Positions 1-10,101 of a stretch of 64,000 nt of DNA are shown piece by piece. Made by a program: the position numbers and the translations under genes. Numbering within the stretch: the stretch's first letter is position 1; every line of letters begins with the position of its first letter. The notes under the pieces were generated by a model. That model did no database searches and had not been told where the DNA came from. It saw only the letters and a list, made by a program, of their open reading frames with translations. Source of the stretch: an uncultured virus (IMG/VR IMGVR_UViG_3300005683_000013) (Duplodnaviria > Heunggongvirae > Uroviricota > Caudoviricetes); the IMG/VR virus record IMGVR_UViG_3300005683_000013; one strand, written 5' to 3'.

Positions 1-282
1 CTGATGTGTTTTATCAATCGCATCAGGACGAAAACACGGAGTAACAGCGACGTATTTACCATTGAGAGGTGTTCCATTCAACAACAAATGAATGAACGAC
101 TGTTCTGCACTCCCAACCAAAAGTCCGTCTTGCGTTCTAAGCGGTACTACGTCAACTGGAAGCGTTACGTTGATCGCTTCTTCACATGCATACCAGGGAA
201 CTTCAATATATTGATAACCTTCGGCGTGATAATAATCTATGGCTGCTGCGATATGATTCCAATATATCAAATTTTGCGACAA
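1..282 (-). CDS. Class II aminoacyl-tRNA synthetase-like (SerRS-like) protein, partial; not in ORF track
   Basis: Manual translation from TTG at 282 (GGAG RBS upstream): MSQNLIYWNHIAAAIDYYHAEGYQYIEVPW...LVGSAEQSF...VTPCFRPD; runs off the window. Confidence 0.65.
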   Translation of the reverse strand, partial: MSQNLIYWNHIAAAIDYYHAEGYQYIEVPWYACEEAINVTLPVDVVPLRTQDGLLVGSAEQSFIHLLLNGTPLNGKYVAVTPCFRPDAIDKTHQ

Positions 283-291
283 GTTACACTC

Positions 292-912
292 CTATCTCTT
301 TTGTTCAAGAATCATCTGTTGGATTATCTCTTTGGTCTCTTCAGAGTACTTGAAATATTTACAAGCATCGCTTGGAACTGTTGATCGAGCAAGGCGACGT
401 TCTTCCTCAAACCGATGAACAAAGGAGTGCAATCCTTTGAGGGTTTCGATGTTGAAGGGACGTGCTTCGTACCCGACAAATTCCCATGTAGAGCCATGTC
501 GGAGCGCTTCGGCTCGAACGCGTTCAGGATCCAGCTCACGGGGGTCCCCGAACATGACGAAAATGTTGAGATGAGGGGTTACCGGCTTGGGTTCGTAGTC
601 TGGCTTGTACTTCCGGGCGAATTTCGCAAAGCGGTCTGTCATCTCCTTGGGGAGTGTTTGGGCCACAACGATACTCAAACGGCCATCGGCGGACTCTGAG
701 TAGGCAAAGGCATCAGCTACTCGTGCTACATCATGAATCCCTTCCTTTTGAATCCCTAATGGGTAGAAGAAGTCATAGAGCTTATCACGTAAATCCCACA
801 ATATATTGAAATACGGAGTGTCGCAATGTGGCTGATGCATCTTTAAAACATCTTGTTGCCACTCTTTTAACATCAATTGATCAAATGTTTCTCTATCCAT
901 GATAACGATCAT
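292..912 (-). CDS. Hypothetical protein
   Basis: 206-aa ORF on the dominant strand, promoter-like sequence upstream. Confidence 0.6.
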   Translation of the reverse strand: MIVIMDRETFDQLMLKEWQQDVLKMHQPHCDTPYFNILWDLRDKLYDFFYPLGIQKEGIHDVARVADAFAYSESADGRLSIVVAQTLPKEMTDRFAKFARKYKPDYEPKPVTPHLNIFVMFGDPRELDPERVRAEALRHGSTWEFVGYEARPFNIETLKGLHSFVHRFEEERRLARSTVPSDACKYFKYSEETKEIIQQMILEQKR

Positions 913-1063
913 ATCATGTTATGAAACAATTTACATCTCCCTTTCTCCATCTTGGAAAGCACTCTTTGTCAAGTCTGACATCTTTTTCAGATCTGACATC
1001 GTGCAACCGTAACTCACCACGACGTGCAGAACCAATTCAATTTTGTTTGACATGAGTCAAACT

Positions 1064-1444
1064 TTATACGGAGAGTGGGCGAATTACAATCACTTCATAT
1101 CCATATGATTCAGCCGTCTTAATCATGTTTTTGGTGCCTGGGCTACTCGCCGATTCATCAAGAAAAGCCACGACAACATCAGGATTCGTTTCCAACAACA
1201 TTTTCTTGTTGCGAATCGGGCCTGCGGCTTTTCCCATTTTTTTCCAATCGTCACGTGAGACAGGATACTTGACAATCTTAAACCCTAACTCTTCGGCAAC
1301 GACGTGTGCAATCGTGTCAGCACCAATTGCATCACCATGAACGATTGTCGTTCCGCTAGGAAACTTTGACAAGACATCAATGACAAGTTGTTCGTCTTTC
1401 CAATGACGACTTCCGCTGACCAATACAATCATAGTTTTTTCCAA
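1064..1444 (-). CDS. SLOG/YspA-like (DUF2493-type) protein
   Basis: VLVSGSR, IVHGDAIGAD, GKAAGPIRN and GTKNMI motifs. Confidence 0.8.
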   Translation of the reverse strand: MEKTMIVLVSGSRHWKDEQLVIDVLSKFPSGTTIVHGDAIGADTIAHVVAEELGFKIVKYPVSRDDWKKMGKAAGPIRNKKMLLETNPDVVVAFLDESASSPGTKNMIKTAESYGYEVIVIRPLSV

Positions 1445-1662
1445 ACGTTGAAAGGAACCATTTTCAATGTCGTTTTTGACAAGTCAATCGAGTCCCAAAA
1501 GGCTTTCAACTCTTCATCTGAATTTATCTTACCACTTTGCACATACTTTTTCACAAGTTCCTGCAACTCGGTTTTGACGTCTTCTTTCTTTTGATACGAT
1601 GGTGAAATTTTCACCATCTCTTCAAGTATGATTTTACGAATTGTGTTTATTGAAATTTTCAT
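1429..1662 (-). CDS. Small hypothetical protein with shared N-terminal leader
   Basis: Likely start MKISINTIRKIILEE. Confidence 0.55.
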   Translation of the reverse strand: MKISINTIRKIILEEMVKISPSYQKKEDVKTELQELVKKYVQSGKINSDEELKAFWDSIDLSKTTLKMVPFNVWKKL

Positions 1663-2944
1663 ATCTGTTCTCAAATATCGCAATGTGTCTATCTGCGACT
1701 TTGTCCCAAGAATTTTCCTTGACGTAATTATTTTGTGTAACGATCTGTTGTGATTTCACTTTTTGATCAGTCAACACGCTTTCAAGCGCTGATGAAAGTT
1801 CTTCCACTGTCTCAGCTTTAATTGTCGGTATGTCGCTAAAGTGATTCACATTTGAACTGACGGTTGCAACACCTTTGCTGAACGCCAACCGAGCGGCACC
1901 ACTTGCACCGAAAACTTCATGCTGAGGATGAGACACGTACGGGAACACGACTGCCTGATTCGTTCGCAAGAACGAATCAAGAGACTCGTCAGACTGAAAC
2001 CCTCGTAACAAAGCAACGTTTTCTTGAATTCCAAGTTGTTCAACAAGATCCATAAGCTCATCATAATAAAGTTGATGATCTGCTCGGCTGAAAGGTGATT
2101 CAGAAAAAAGTCCTGTAAAAAACACGTCTGGATAACGTTGTTTGAGCAACGCAGTCGCTCTAATGCTATTTTCCCAACCTTTATAACGAAACCCAAACCC
2201 GAATTGCATAAACGTCTTTGTTGACTTGTAATAGTTCCACAGCTTGGGTTCTTTGATCGTTTCAGTGCAGCCATGAGACACGACGTATACTTTTCCAGGA
2301 ACACACTTTTCAAGTTTGAGAGTGTCGTATCCACCTTGAAGATGTGTTATGATCTCTGGCATCGCGGCTTCACAAATCAATTTATCCTTGTGATGAAACA
2401 CTGAATGCATGGTGATGATTCTACGATAGTCTGAAATTTGATTCATGAATGAAAGCCAATAACTAGCGTTGCTCCATAATCCAAACTCGTGTTGAATCCA
2501 AATGATGTCAGGATCGTATGTCTTCAATTCTTGCGTCAGGTGTTTTAGCGAACCACCACGATTCCAACATGAAACGACTTGATCATCACTTAGAGTGGTT
2601 GTTCCCAATTTATGAACGTCACCGGTTGGAGAACTGTTATGCTCAATAAACAATTTAACGTGACCCACTTTAGGGGCCACGGCGGGCCATAATTGTTCAG
2701 AGTACGTTGATATGCCACAACGCATCTTCCAGTTTCCAACAAGGGCGACTTTCATATCACATGCAAGTTTGTTAGAAATTTTTGGAACGATTTTGTTGTC
2801 TCTCACTTTGTAATCAGATATTAGATCTTGAACAGACACGTTTGACAACTCTTCTGGAAGTTCCATGACACGACAAGAATCAGATTTAAAGTTTCTATCA
2901 GAAACGACTTGAATTCGATCTTTCTTAATTCCAACAAACTTCAT
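1634..2944 (-). CDS. GT-B (GT4-like) glycosyltransferase
   Basis: CGISTYSEQL, IQHEFG, GFGFRYKG and VFPY...ASGA motifs. Confidence 0.85.
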   Translation of the reverse strand: MKFVGIKKDRIQVVSDRNFKSDSCRVMELPEELSNVSVQDLISDYKVRDNKIVPKISNKLACDMKVALVGNWKMRCGISTYSEQLWPAVAPKVGHVKLFIEHNSSPTGDVHKLGTTTLSDDQVVSCWNRGGSLKHLTQELKTYDPDIIWIQHEFGLWSNASYWLSFMNQISDYRRIITMHSVFHHKDKLICEAAMPEIITHLQGGYDTLKLEKCVPGKVYVVSHGCTETIKEPKLWNYYKSTKTFMQFGFGFRYKGWENSIRATALLKQRYPDVFFTGLFSESPFSRADHQLYYDELMDLVEQLGIQENVALLRGFQSDESLDSFLRTNQAVVFPYVSHPQHEVFGASGAARLAFSKGVATVSSNVNHFSDIPTIKAETVEELSSALESVLTDQKVKSQQIVTQNNYVKENSWDKVADRHIAIFENRYENFNKHNS

Positions 2945-2954
2945 GGCAGCCTCC

Positions 2955-3914
2955 CTAAAGGGCGTCGAGAACTCTGCGTCTCATAACAATAAATGATTCT
3001 AGATCGATTTTGTTGCCAACGTAACTTGACTTTGTTTTTTCAAACGTATCAATAAACGCTTGTTTTGACCCGTTGTAGTATGAAAGATTGTAATTTGTCG
3101 TTCCGTCATAATTTAACTTTGAATGATGACTGACAGTGACAGGATTCTTTTTTACAAGATCAGCAAGAACGATTCCGTGAAAACGTTGTGTTATGATGTG
3201 TTGGTGTCTTGAAAACAGTCTTGTGATTGATGAAACATCGTTGTTGTTGTCTTTTGAGACGTAACTGTGATGACGATGTTTCATCTGACTAACGATCTCT
3301 GATGACGCTAAATCATCATGCATGTTATCGTTTTTACACATCGCAAACAAGTTTACTTTATATCCGTCCTCAACTAACACGTCTAGAAATTGTGAAAATT
3401 CAGACTTGAAATAATTCCATGACGCATGCTTCCAATTCTGATCATTCCACTTTGGAACAACACATATGTTTGGAAGTATCAAAACACTCTTTTCAACTAT
3501 TTCTGCTGTTTCGACTTGATCATGCAATGAAAACACGATATCAGGTATTAACATAGCGTTATTGCTATACGTTTTCGCCACTTTGAACGATGGTTCAGAT
3601 CTCACAGCAACAACTTTTGCGACGTTTAATAGCTCGACATGTGTCGGATGAACAACGTCATCAATTCCAACGCCAACGTAAAATATCGGTTTTTTTAGTA
3701 ATTTGCTCTTGTCTTGACATTTCACATCAGCATACAGAAACGACCCACCGCCGAAGAAAACAACGTCACAATTTTTTAATTGTTCATTTGTAATTCTTGT
3801 TGTAAACGTAAACGTGAAATCTGGAAATAGATTTCGATACGCATCCATGAACAGATCGTCACCAATGTTTGACTGAAAATACCAACCGTAAACTAACGCT
3901 CTAGTATTTGACAT
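2955..3914 (-). CDS. Polysaccharide pyruvyltransferase-like protein
   Basis: YGWYFQSNIGDD, FGGGS, VRSEPS, PDIVF and RFHG motifs; start probably MSNTRAL. Confidence 0.8.
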   Translation of the reverse strand: MSNTRALVYGWYFQSNIGDDLFMDAYRNLFPDFTFTFTTRITNEQLKNCDVVFFGGGSFLYADVKCQDKSKLLKKPIFYVGVGIDDVVHPTHVELLNVAKVVAVRSEPSFKVAKTYSNNAMLIPDIVFSLHDQVETAEIVEKSVLILPNICVVPKWNDQNWKHASWNYFKSEFSQFLDVLVEDGYKVNLFAMCKNDNMHDDLASSEIVSQMKHRHHSYVSKDNNNDVSSITRLFSRHQHIITQRFHGIVLADLVKKNPVTVSHHSKLNYDGTTNYNLSYYNGSKQAFIDTFEKTKSSYVGNKIDLESFIVMRRRVLDAL

Positions 3915-4239
3915 TCCATTTGACGTCTCTAATTCCAGAGACGCTCCACTCAATGTAAAGTATGTATGTACCGAACCAAGTGCGATAAATCCTGAACAAT
4001 AGTTCGTCTTCGTCTGGATTGCACGGCGTCGTTGACTGACTTTCAAACTCAACATTTACTTGAGCTGGTCTTCGTTGTAAAGGAAATGCAACGAAATCGA
4101 TTCCACAGACTGTCAACTCTCCTGATTGTGAGCTGACGCCATGACTGTTTTTGTGCCATTCACTGACAACAGTCTTTATGTAGTTTTTTATTGAAAAGAG
4201 CATATCGTATATTTCGTACATTTTATTTCTCCATGTCAT
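3901..4239 (-). CDS. Hypothetical protein
   Basis: 112-aa ORF with TATTTA motif upstream. Confidence 0.55.
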   Translation of the reverse strand: MTWRNKMYEIYDMLFSIKNYIKTVVSEWHKNSHGVSSQSGELTVCGIDFVAFPLQRRPAQVNVEFESQSTTPCNPDEDELLFRIYRTWFGTYILYIEWSVSGIRDVKWNVKY

Positions 4240-4249
4240 TTAAATAAAC

Positions 4250-4283
4250 AACACACAGACGAAATCAATTTCGTCTGTGTGTT
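4250..4283 (-). terminator. Long inverted repeat, probable intrinsic terminator
   Basis: aacacacagacgaaat-ca-atttcgtctgtgtgtt, followed by a T-rich tract on the minus strand. Confidence 0.65.
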
Positions 4284-4307
4284 CATTAGATTTCGTAATC
4301 GAAAGAG

Positions 4308-4565
4308 TCATCTATCCCTAAGTATCTGACTCCTACATGTACGTAAAAATGTCATTAAATTTTTACCTGAATTCTCAAACTTTTCAACTAAAATTGTCAA
4401 TTCTCTTTGTTGATCTGGCGTCAATAAACTCTTTATTTTAGTTAGATTTGCCAATCCATTATCCCAAGAAGAAAACCACAAGCTGATTGATAAATCAAAT
4501 TTCTGAAGATTTTTTTTCATTCTAAATAAACCCAGACTTATCACATCAGCTTGTGACTCTCTCAT
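4308..4565 (-). CDS. Hypothetical protein
   Basis: 85-aa ORF packed in operon. Confidence 0.5.
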   Translation of the reverse strand: MRESQADVISLGLFRMKKNLQKFDLSISLWFSSWDNGLANLTKIKSLLTPDQQRELTILVEKFENSGKNLMTFLRTCRSQILRDR

Positions 4566-4571
4566 TATAAA

Positions 4572-4958
4572 TTAAGTAGGCATCTTGATATTAACCTTGG
4601 CAACGCGGCCGTCAGGCAATATCATTGTCTCTTGTACTACGTCATCAACTTTTTCTCGTGGTTGACTCTTTTCTTCTGAGTACCACAATTGCTCTTTTTT
4701 GATTGCTTGATCAATATGTTTATTGACAAATGCTGTCACCTTCAAGAGCATTGATTGTTGAACATCGGCGATCGACGTAAAAATCTCACCGTTTACTTTC
4801 GACAGTTCAATATGATCGTTGTTAGGACCACATCGAACGACATATGAAACTTGAGTTCCAGATAACGTCGACTTCACGTTTTCTTCAACGACTTGATATG
4901 GTAACACGTTATCAGATGATACAACGTATATGATTTGACCGATAGTGTAAGGCTTCAT
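4572..4958 (-). CDS. Hypothetical protein
   Basis: 128-aa ORF with ATGA overlap to upstream gene. Confidence 0.6.
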   Translation of the reverse strand: MKPYTIGQIIYVVSSDNVLPYQVVEENVKSTLSGTQVSYVVRCGPNNDHIELSKVNGEIFTSIADVQQSMLLKVTAFVNKHIDQAIKKEQLWYSEEKSQPREKVDDVVQETMILPDGRVAKVNIKMPT

Positions 4959-5242
4959 TTTTTACAAATGCCAAGGCTTGGTAATTCTGTATACCAAACA
5001 GAATAATCTGGTGCTGAGTCATCAATTGGCAATGATTGCTGTTTGCAGAGCAACGCTATTTTTTGCCACAACTCGTGTTCAGCGTTAAACCCATTAACAC
5101 TTGTCAGATTTTGACTGACAGTTATTGGTTGATCTAAAACAGTTACGCTAAACAAGTCTCGTAAATGACTTAACTCTGCTCGTGAAAGAGACAGGTTACA
5201 ATCATCATTCGCACGCTTTTGATTCGTCTTTTTAGATGGCAT
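4955..5242 (-). CDS. Hypothetical protein
   Basis: Likely start MPSKK at 5242. Confidence 0.5.
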   Translation of the reverse strand: MPSKKTNQKRANDDCNLSLSRAELSHLRDLFSVTVLDQPITVSQNLTSVNGFNAEHELWQKIALLCKQQSLPIDDSAPDYSVWYTELPSLGICKK

Positions 5243-5270
5243 CGTAACCTGTCTTTCACGGTTTAGTTGT

Positions 5271-5540
5271 TTAAGTGTTGTCCTTGAGAACCTCGACATA
5301 CGAATCGTAAGTGTCCTTGTGAGCAACACCAGATTCGATCTTGACCACTCGCATTGCCGCCTTGAGTGTTTTCATATCCAACTTCTCTGAAAACTCATCA
5401 ATCAACGCTTTACGATCTTCCTTCAGCGATTCAATCTCATTATCAATCGCAGTCAATCGATCAGTGAACTCTCGAGTCACAACTTTCACATCGCTGCTAA
5501 CTTCTGTATTCTCTGAAACGTCTTGAGTATTATTTTCCAT
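5271..5540 (-). CDS. GapR/DsbA-like dsDNA-binding protein
   Basis: FTDRLTAIDNEIESLKEDRKALIDEF...LDMKTLKAAMR pattern. Confidence 0.6.
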   Translation of the reverse strand: MENNTQDVSENTEVSSDVKVVTREFTDRLTAIDNEIESLKEDRKALIDEFSEKLDMKTLKAAMRVVKIESGVAHKDTYDSYVEVLKDNT

Positions 5541-5551
5541 TGTTCTCCGTG

Positions 5552-6685
5552 TTACTTCAGCGAAGCAACTTTATCTAAGGTACCTTGCAACGTTCTGATG
5601 TATATGTTAGTTGAATCAACGCCTTGATTTTGTAATGTTTGAATTTCTGTGGTTAATTGTTTTACGTAAAACGCTTTTGCGGCTGCTTTTACTTGCATTA
5701 ACATTGCTTCTTCAAGTTGTTGACGTTCGTTTTCTGGCGCTTGTTGCAATTTTTGAGCCACACCAAAATTCTTTTTTGTCAGTCTTTCTAACTCTTCAAT
5801 AGATCTCGCAGACATGACTTTTTGTGCTTCGTTATAGATTGCAGATGAAATTTTTGCAGTGATTTGTTTTGCATCATTTTGCATTTGTTTTGTCATTGAA
5901 GACTGTTCTAACATCGATTTCACTCGTGGATCAGCAAAGACCTCTGACAACAAATCAATTTTTGCTTGTTGCGCGTCTGAAACTGCCTCTTGCAAGATTA
6001 CGTTACCACGATCAAAAGAATCATTGATACCTGCTTTTTGCAGCAAGTCTCTCTTTTTCTTTGTGAAATATGGGCCACGAACTTTTGTGTCTACGTAACG
6101 TTCTGGATTTACTTTACGATAGTTTGCGATGTCGTCCTTCAACTCTTTTTCGATGTTTTGTAACCGTTTCTTGATGTCTTCAACGTATTGCTTTAAACTG
6201 TCATTACCATGAGATAGAACTTCAAGAACGTGAACAGCCAAATCAGGGCTGTTTGAGATTAACTTTGTCGAAATAAATGCAGTTGGAGATATCATAAATG
6301 ACAACAACATCACGTCTTTTGTAAATGCTTTTGAATTTGCAGCAAAAACATCTTTATACTTGTCACGGATTCTTGCAAGATCTTTCTTTTCATGATCAAA
6401 GATCATTTTGTAATTGCTTTCCATGAATGGAATGAACGTCGTAAGAACTGTTTCAGTTCCAATTTTTAATAAAGACTTTGTTCTGACACCCATATTAGCA
6501 ACTGCAGCCGTCGCAGTTTTACCAACGTCAAGAAAGGGATCAATGAAGATTTTTTTCAATGATGGACCATATTCGTTATATCCCATCGTGCCCATCATAC
6601 TGGACGCATCACCAGAATACCCATAATCGCCCTCTTCTTTCAAGAGCGTCATAACGTACTCTCTCAATAATTCAATTGAATTCAT
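5552..6685 (-). CDS. Helical hypothetical protein with shared leader (possible virion internal protein)
   Basis: MNSIELLREYVMTLLKEE; CTATTTA upstream. Confidence 0.6.
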   Translation of the reverse strand: MNSIELLREYVMTLLKEEGDYGYSGDASSMMGTMGYNEYGPSLKKIFIDPFLDVGKTATAAVANMGVRTKSLLKIGTETVLTTFIPFMESNYKMIFDHEKKDLARIRDKYKDVFAANSKAFTKDVMLLSFMISPTAFISTKLISNSPDLAVHVLEVLSHGNDSLKQYVEDIKKRLQNIEKELKDDIANYRKVNPERYVDTKVRGPYFTKKKRDLLQKAGINDSFDRGNVILQEAVSDAQQAKIDLLSEVFADPRVKSMLEQSSMTKQMQNDAKQITAKISSAIYNEAQKVMSARSIEELERLTKKNFGVAQKLQQAPENERQQLEEAMLMQVKAAAKAFYVKQLTTEIQTLQNQGVDSTNIYIRTLQGTLDKVASLK

Positions 6686-6699
6686 AGCATTAAATAGTT

Positions 6700-6733
6700 A
6701 AGGGTGACGACATTATTACAGTTCGTCACCCTT
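6700..6733. terminator. Intergenic hairpin
   Basis: aagggtgacga...tcgtcaccctt. Confidence 0.5.
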
Positions 6734-6755
6734 TGAATGGGTTGAATGACAGATG

Positions 6756-7184
6756 TCAAATAAACAGTGATTGAGGAAGTTCTGCAATTCTGCTTGCAAG
6801 TTGTTTTATTAGTGGTCTTTGATAAACATGAAACTTAGACAGGTCGCTAATTGGCATGAAAGCAACTGCAACGTTTTCGTTATCAGCAACAAACGGAACT
6901 GCATCCTGATCTTCTAATTTTGCAAGAAACGAAACAACAGTTTTAGTCTCCTTACGATAAGACGTTTTCACTGACAATAGTTGTTCAATTATCACAACTT
7001 TGACACCTGTCTCCTCAAACGTCTCCCTGATTGCACAATCAACGTATGATTCATTTTCATTGAGGTGACCCTTTGGTATTCCCCAAAGATTTAGTTTTTC
7101 AAAGGGTTTCACTAATAACACGTGTGGAATGTCATCAATGTATTTAACCACACAGCAGCCACATGACGTAACTAGCTTGTTCAT
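6756..7184 (-). CDS. Nudix hydrolase
   Basis: Nudix box PKGHLNENESYVDCAIRETFEETG. Confidence 0.9.
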   Translation of the reverse strand: MNKLVTSCGCCVVKYIDDIPHVLLVKPFEKLNLWGIPKGHLNENESYVDCAIRETFEETGVKVVIIEQLLSVKTSYRKETKTVVSFLAKLEDQDAVPFVADNENVAVAFMPISDLSKFHVYQRPLIKQLASRIAELPQSLFI

Positions 7185-7194
7185 AAATTACATT

Positions 7195-8238
7195 CTACTT
7201 CATGTTCAGACGATTGTTTGGCACAATTGTGAACAAAAATCTCCCTTCAGATGTCACACCATAAGGTTCAACGCTGTCAGGATTTATGTTTATGATAGTA
7301 TGTTCATCAGACACGTAAACAAACATCATACGTTTTCTAATCACGTTTTGTATGTCAAGCCTAATAGAATGTATGAATAATTCTATACTTCCAAACACTC
7401 GTGTGACATCTGGAGCGTTTTCAGCAATTGTCTTAGGGTTTACCTCTTTTTTAATTGAAGAATTTCTGAGGGCGGCGTCAAGCATTATTTTTTTGTATGT
7501 CTGAGAATCTGCCCAAGAATCAGTGGCGCCAAGTCTCATATTTCTAATTCTTGTTTTACACGACTTCCATTCAACTGGTATCCAATTTGAATCAACTAGA
7601 TAATCAACATCACCTTCCAATTTAGATGGCCAACGAAAATCGTTTGAAAAAAAACATAATGAGCCGAACTCACCCTTTCCAGTTTCTCTATTCAACACAA
7701 ACGTTTTTTCCATCTGCTCTTGTTGCCAAGGTTCCGTGATAACAATTTCAGAGAAAAAATTCGATGTTAGCGTAAACGTTCTAAACTGAAAAAGTCTTGA
7801 CACGTTCTCATACATCACAAAAAACAATTCTTCACATGTCTTATACGACACGTATCGTAAATGATATAACGTGTTTACAAATGACAATATTTTGTCATCA
7901 CCCAACCCTAAAGAGTTTGCATCTTTTACTAGCTCTCTAAACTCAGGGGTGTAAAAAGGTGATTTGAATCTATCATATGCATCATAGATTTTTTTAATCT
8001 CTGATTGCAATTGTTTTGCATATGGAATCAATAACCAAGTTTTAAATGCAATCCGTTTTTTACACGTCTTCAACCATTCATTATATGATTCTTGTAACGA
8101 ATTCAATTTTGCTTCTTTGAATTCTTTTGACGTAATTTCAGGCATTAAAACAATCGGAGAGCCTTGATCAAACGATATCAGACTCTCCGATTGAATTGCT
8201 TTGAAGTTTTGGTTATTGTAAGTTACGATTTTTAACAC
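7195..8238 (-). CDS. Putative PD-(D/E)xK nuclease-fold protein
   Basis: GKGE...GDVD...VEWKS spacing. Confidence 0.45.
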   Translation of the reverse strand: MLKIVTYNNQNFKAIQSESLISFDQGSPIVLMPEITSKEFKEAKLNSLQESYNEWLKTCKKRIAFKTWLLIPYAKQLQSEIKKIYDAYDRFKSPFYTPEFRELVKDANSLGLGDDKILSFVNTLYHLRYVSYKTCEELFFVMYENVSRLFQFRTFTLTSNFFSEIVITEPWQQEQMEKTFVLNRETGKGEFGSLCFFSNDFRWPSKLEGDVDYLVDSNWIPVEWKSCKTRIRNMRLGATDSWADSQTYKKIMLDAALRNSSIKKEVNPKTIAENAPDVTRVFGSIELFIHSIRLDIQNVIRKRMMFVYVSDEHTIININPDSVEPYGVTSEGRFLFTIVPNNRLNMK

Positions 8239-8274
8239 TAACAGAAACTAAACTACAGATTGTGAATTTATAAG

Positions 8275-8862
8275 TTATCTCGTCTTAGGAACAATTGGCG
8301 TAGGGGCTGTAGTGTTCTCTTGACTTTGTGGTGCAGATGGTGCTTTAGGCTTTTTAATGATATTCGGTTTAATGCTATGAACTTGTTTCTCTGCCTTTGA
8401 CGTGACCTCAAGTTCAGGATGTGTCTTTTGTGGATCCATCGCTTGTTCACCACTGATTTCACCTGTCACAATTTGTGAGATACCTTTAAGGAACGCATAC
8501 AAAGCAAGTTTTTCATTGTCATTCAAATCATCAAAATACGTGCTCATCTGAGCAAGAATGTTCTGATCTTTAAACGATCGTCCAGAACGTATGCTGTTTA
8601 GTTTTTCAACGATCATTTCAATCGTGATGTTGCCTTTTTGCAAATCTTCTGGATTGGCACTTGAACCAGCTTCGCCGCTGGCAACTTTGCTAACACTCAT
8701 CGTTGAAGGTGCAGATGATTGTTGAGGTGGTGCCGGGGGCGGTGGTGGAGTCGCTTGGGGAGCACCGTCAGGGGCCATTTCTCGAAATAATCTCAGTTGA
8801 ACATTTTTTGAGACATTTTCAAGAAAGTATTTTGCCTCTTCTGAACTTCTTATCTTTTTCAT
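8275..8862 (-). CDS. Hypothetical protein with Pro-rich linkers
   Basis: 195-aa ORF. Confidence 0.6.
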   Translation of the reverse strand: MKKIRSSEEAKYFLENVSKNVQLRLFREMAPDGAPQATPPPPPAPPQQSSAPSTMSVSKVASGEAGSSANPEDLQKGNITIEMIVEKLNSIRSGRSFKDQNILAQMSTYFDDLNDNEKLALYAFLKGISQIVTGEISGEQAMDPQKTHPELEVTSKAEKQVHSIKPNIIKKPKAPSAPQSQENTTAPTPIVPKTR

Positions 8863-9026
8863 GGGTTCCTTTTGTAAACAATTTGATGTAACGGATTCTC
8901 TCGACGGTGTTGCAGCAATTTTGGTCGTGTTTCCTCAACGACAACTTCATTTTTGCTAGCAATTTCTTTTTTTGTTATTTCATCCATGAATTTGTCAAAT
9001 TCAGTTTCTTCTGTCAGTTTTTCCAT
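8859..9026 (-). CDS. Small hypothetical protein (55 aa); not in ORF track
   Basis: MEKLTEETEFDKFMDEI...; ATGA overlap with next gene; start abuts the IsrB element right end. Confidence 0.55.
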   Translation of the reverse strand: MEKLTEETEFDKFMDEITKKEIASKNEVVVEETRPKLLQHRRENPLHQIVYKRNP

Positions 9027-9087
9027 AGATTTTTTTGCTTGCGAAAACCCCGTCTTTGCAGGAAGAGAATCGCAAGTTTCCTTTCTG

Positions 9088-10101
9088 TTATATTATTAAT
9101 TTCCAACTACTATATGACTTTAATATCAAATCTTCTGGTTTGATATTTCTAACAATTCTATTCCCGGTTCTCAAATCATGTACCGATACTTTTCCCTTAC
9201 TACTTCCACCTACATAACAATACCCACACTTTTCATGTTTTACTAAGCTTCCACGTTTAAAACCCATACTTCTAGTGCTACCATAATTTTTCCTCACTCC
9301 ACCTTTTGCGAAGCAAAACACATGAAGTTGTCTTCTGTATAAAACTATGGGAGAAATATACGTCACTTGTGTGTTATCAGGAACCTTGTTTCCTCCAACG
9401 ACTGAGTAACACAAAGTCCAACTATCGACACAATGAGCGTTGAAGCTTCTTTCTAACTTCTTTTTGCTCTTTTTGAGACACAATTCATTTCGTAATTGAT
9501 ACGTCTCGTATCCCTTGAACAAGGAAAGTTTTATTCCTTGCATATTTCTTATCATGTCATAAAAATACATCTTGCCAACTTCAAGAGGAGAAAATGAAAG
9601 GTTCCATTTTCTTTTTCCTTTTAATGTCTTTGCACATATGTCTTCTACAATAACATGACTAACAGGAAACACTTGTCGTAAAGTATTGATAACTGTAAGT
9701 TTCCAATCCCACCTAGTTTTTGTAGAAGGAGGAATGTGATTCTTGCTTCTAGCTCTATTCAATCTGTTTTTTCTGTAAGGAGTCTTTCTTTGTCTTTTAG
9801 CTCTACGAGCATTTCTTCTTGACTCTATCTTGTTTTTTACGTCTGTTTTTGCATCTGCTGTTATATTAAGATAAGTATGAGCTTCAGATTTTATAGTGTA
9901 TCCCTCTTTCTTGCTTCCGGGATCGATTCCTAATGCTACATCTTGAACTTTCCGATCGGAAGGTTCTCGATTTAGTCTAACACAGAAAATACCTCTTCTA
10001 AAAAACGGTGTGGCTTCTCCTACTTTGATCATTCTTCTTGCTCGACTTGGTGTAGTCGGCATAAGAGGATTTTTGTTAGAATCAACTACGGGAACAAACA
10101 T
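9088..10101 (-). CDS. isrB: IsrB RNA-guided nickase (PLMP + split RuvC, no HNH)
   Basis: PLMP, GIDPGS, RRAKR bridge helix, IVEDI, HCVDS; 337 aa with no HNH. Confidence 0.85.
   Translation of the reverse strand: MFVPVVDSNKNPLMPTTPSRARRMIKVGEATPFFRRGIFCVRLNREPSDRKVQDVALGIDPGSKKEGYTIKSEAHTYLNITADAKTDVKNKIESRRNARRAKRQRKTPYRKNRLNRARSKNHIPPSTKTRWDWKLTVINTLRQVFPVSHVIVEDICAKTLKGKRKWNLSFSPLEVGKMYFYDMIRNMQGIKLSLFKGYETYQLRNELCLKKSKKKLERSFNAHCVDSWTLCYSVVGGNKVPDNTQVTYISPIVLYRRQLHVFCFAKGGVRKNYGSTRSMGFKRGSLVKHEKCGYCYVGGSSKGKVSVHDLRTGNRIVRNIKPEDLILKSYSSWKLII

Noticed and set aside
4..699. Plus-strand ORFs here and most other short plus-strand or nested ORFs in the track
   Set aside because: Shadow frames of better-supported minus-strand genes
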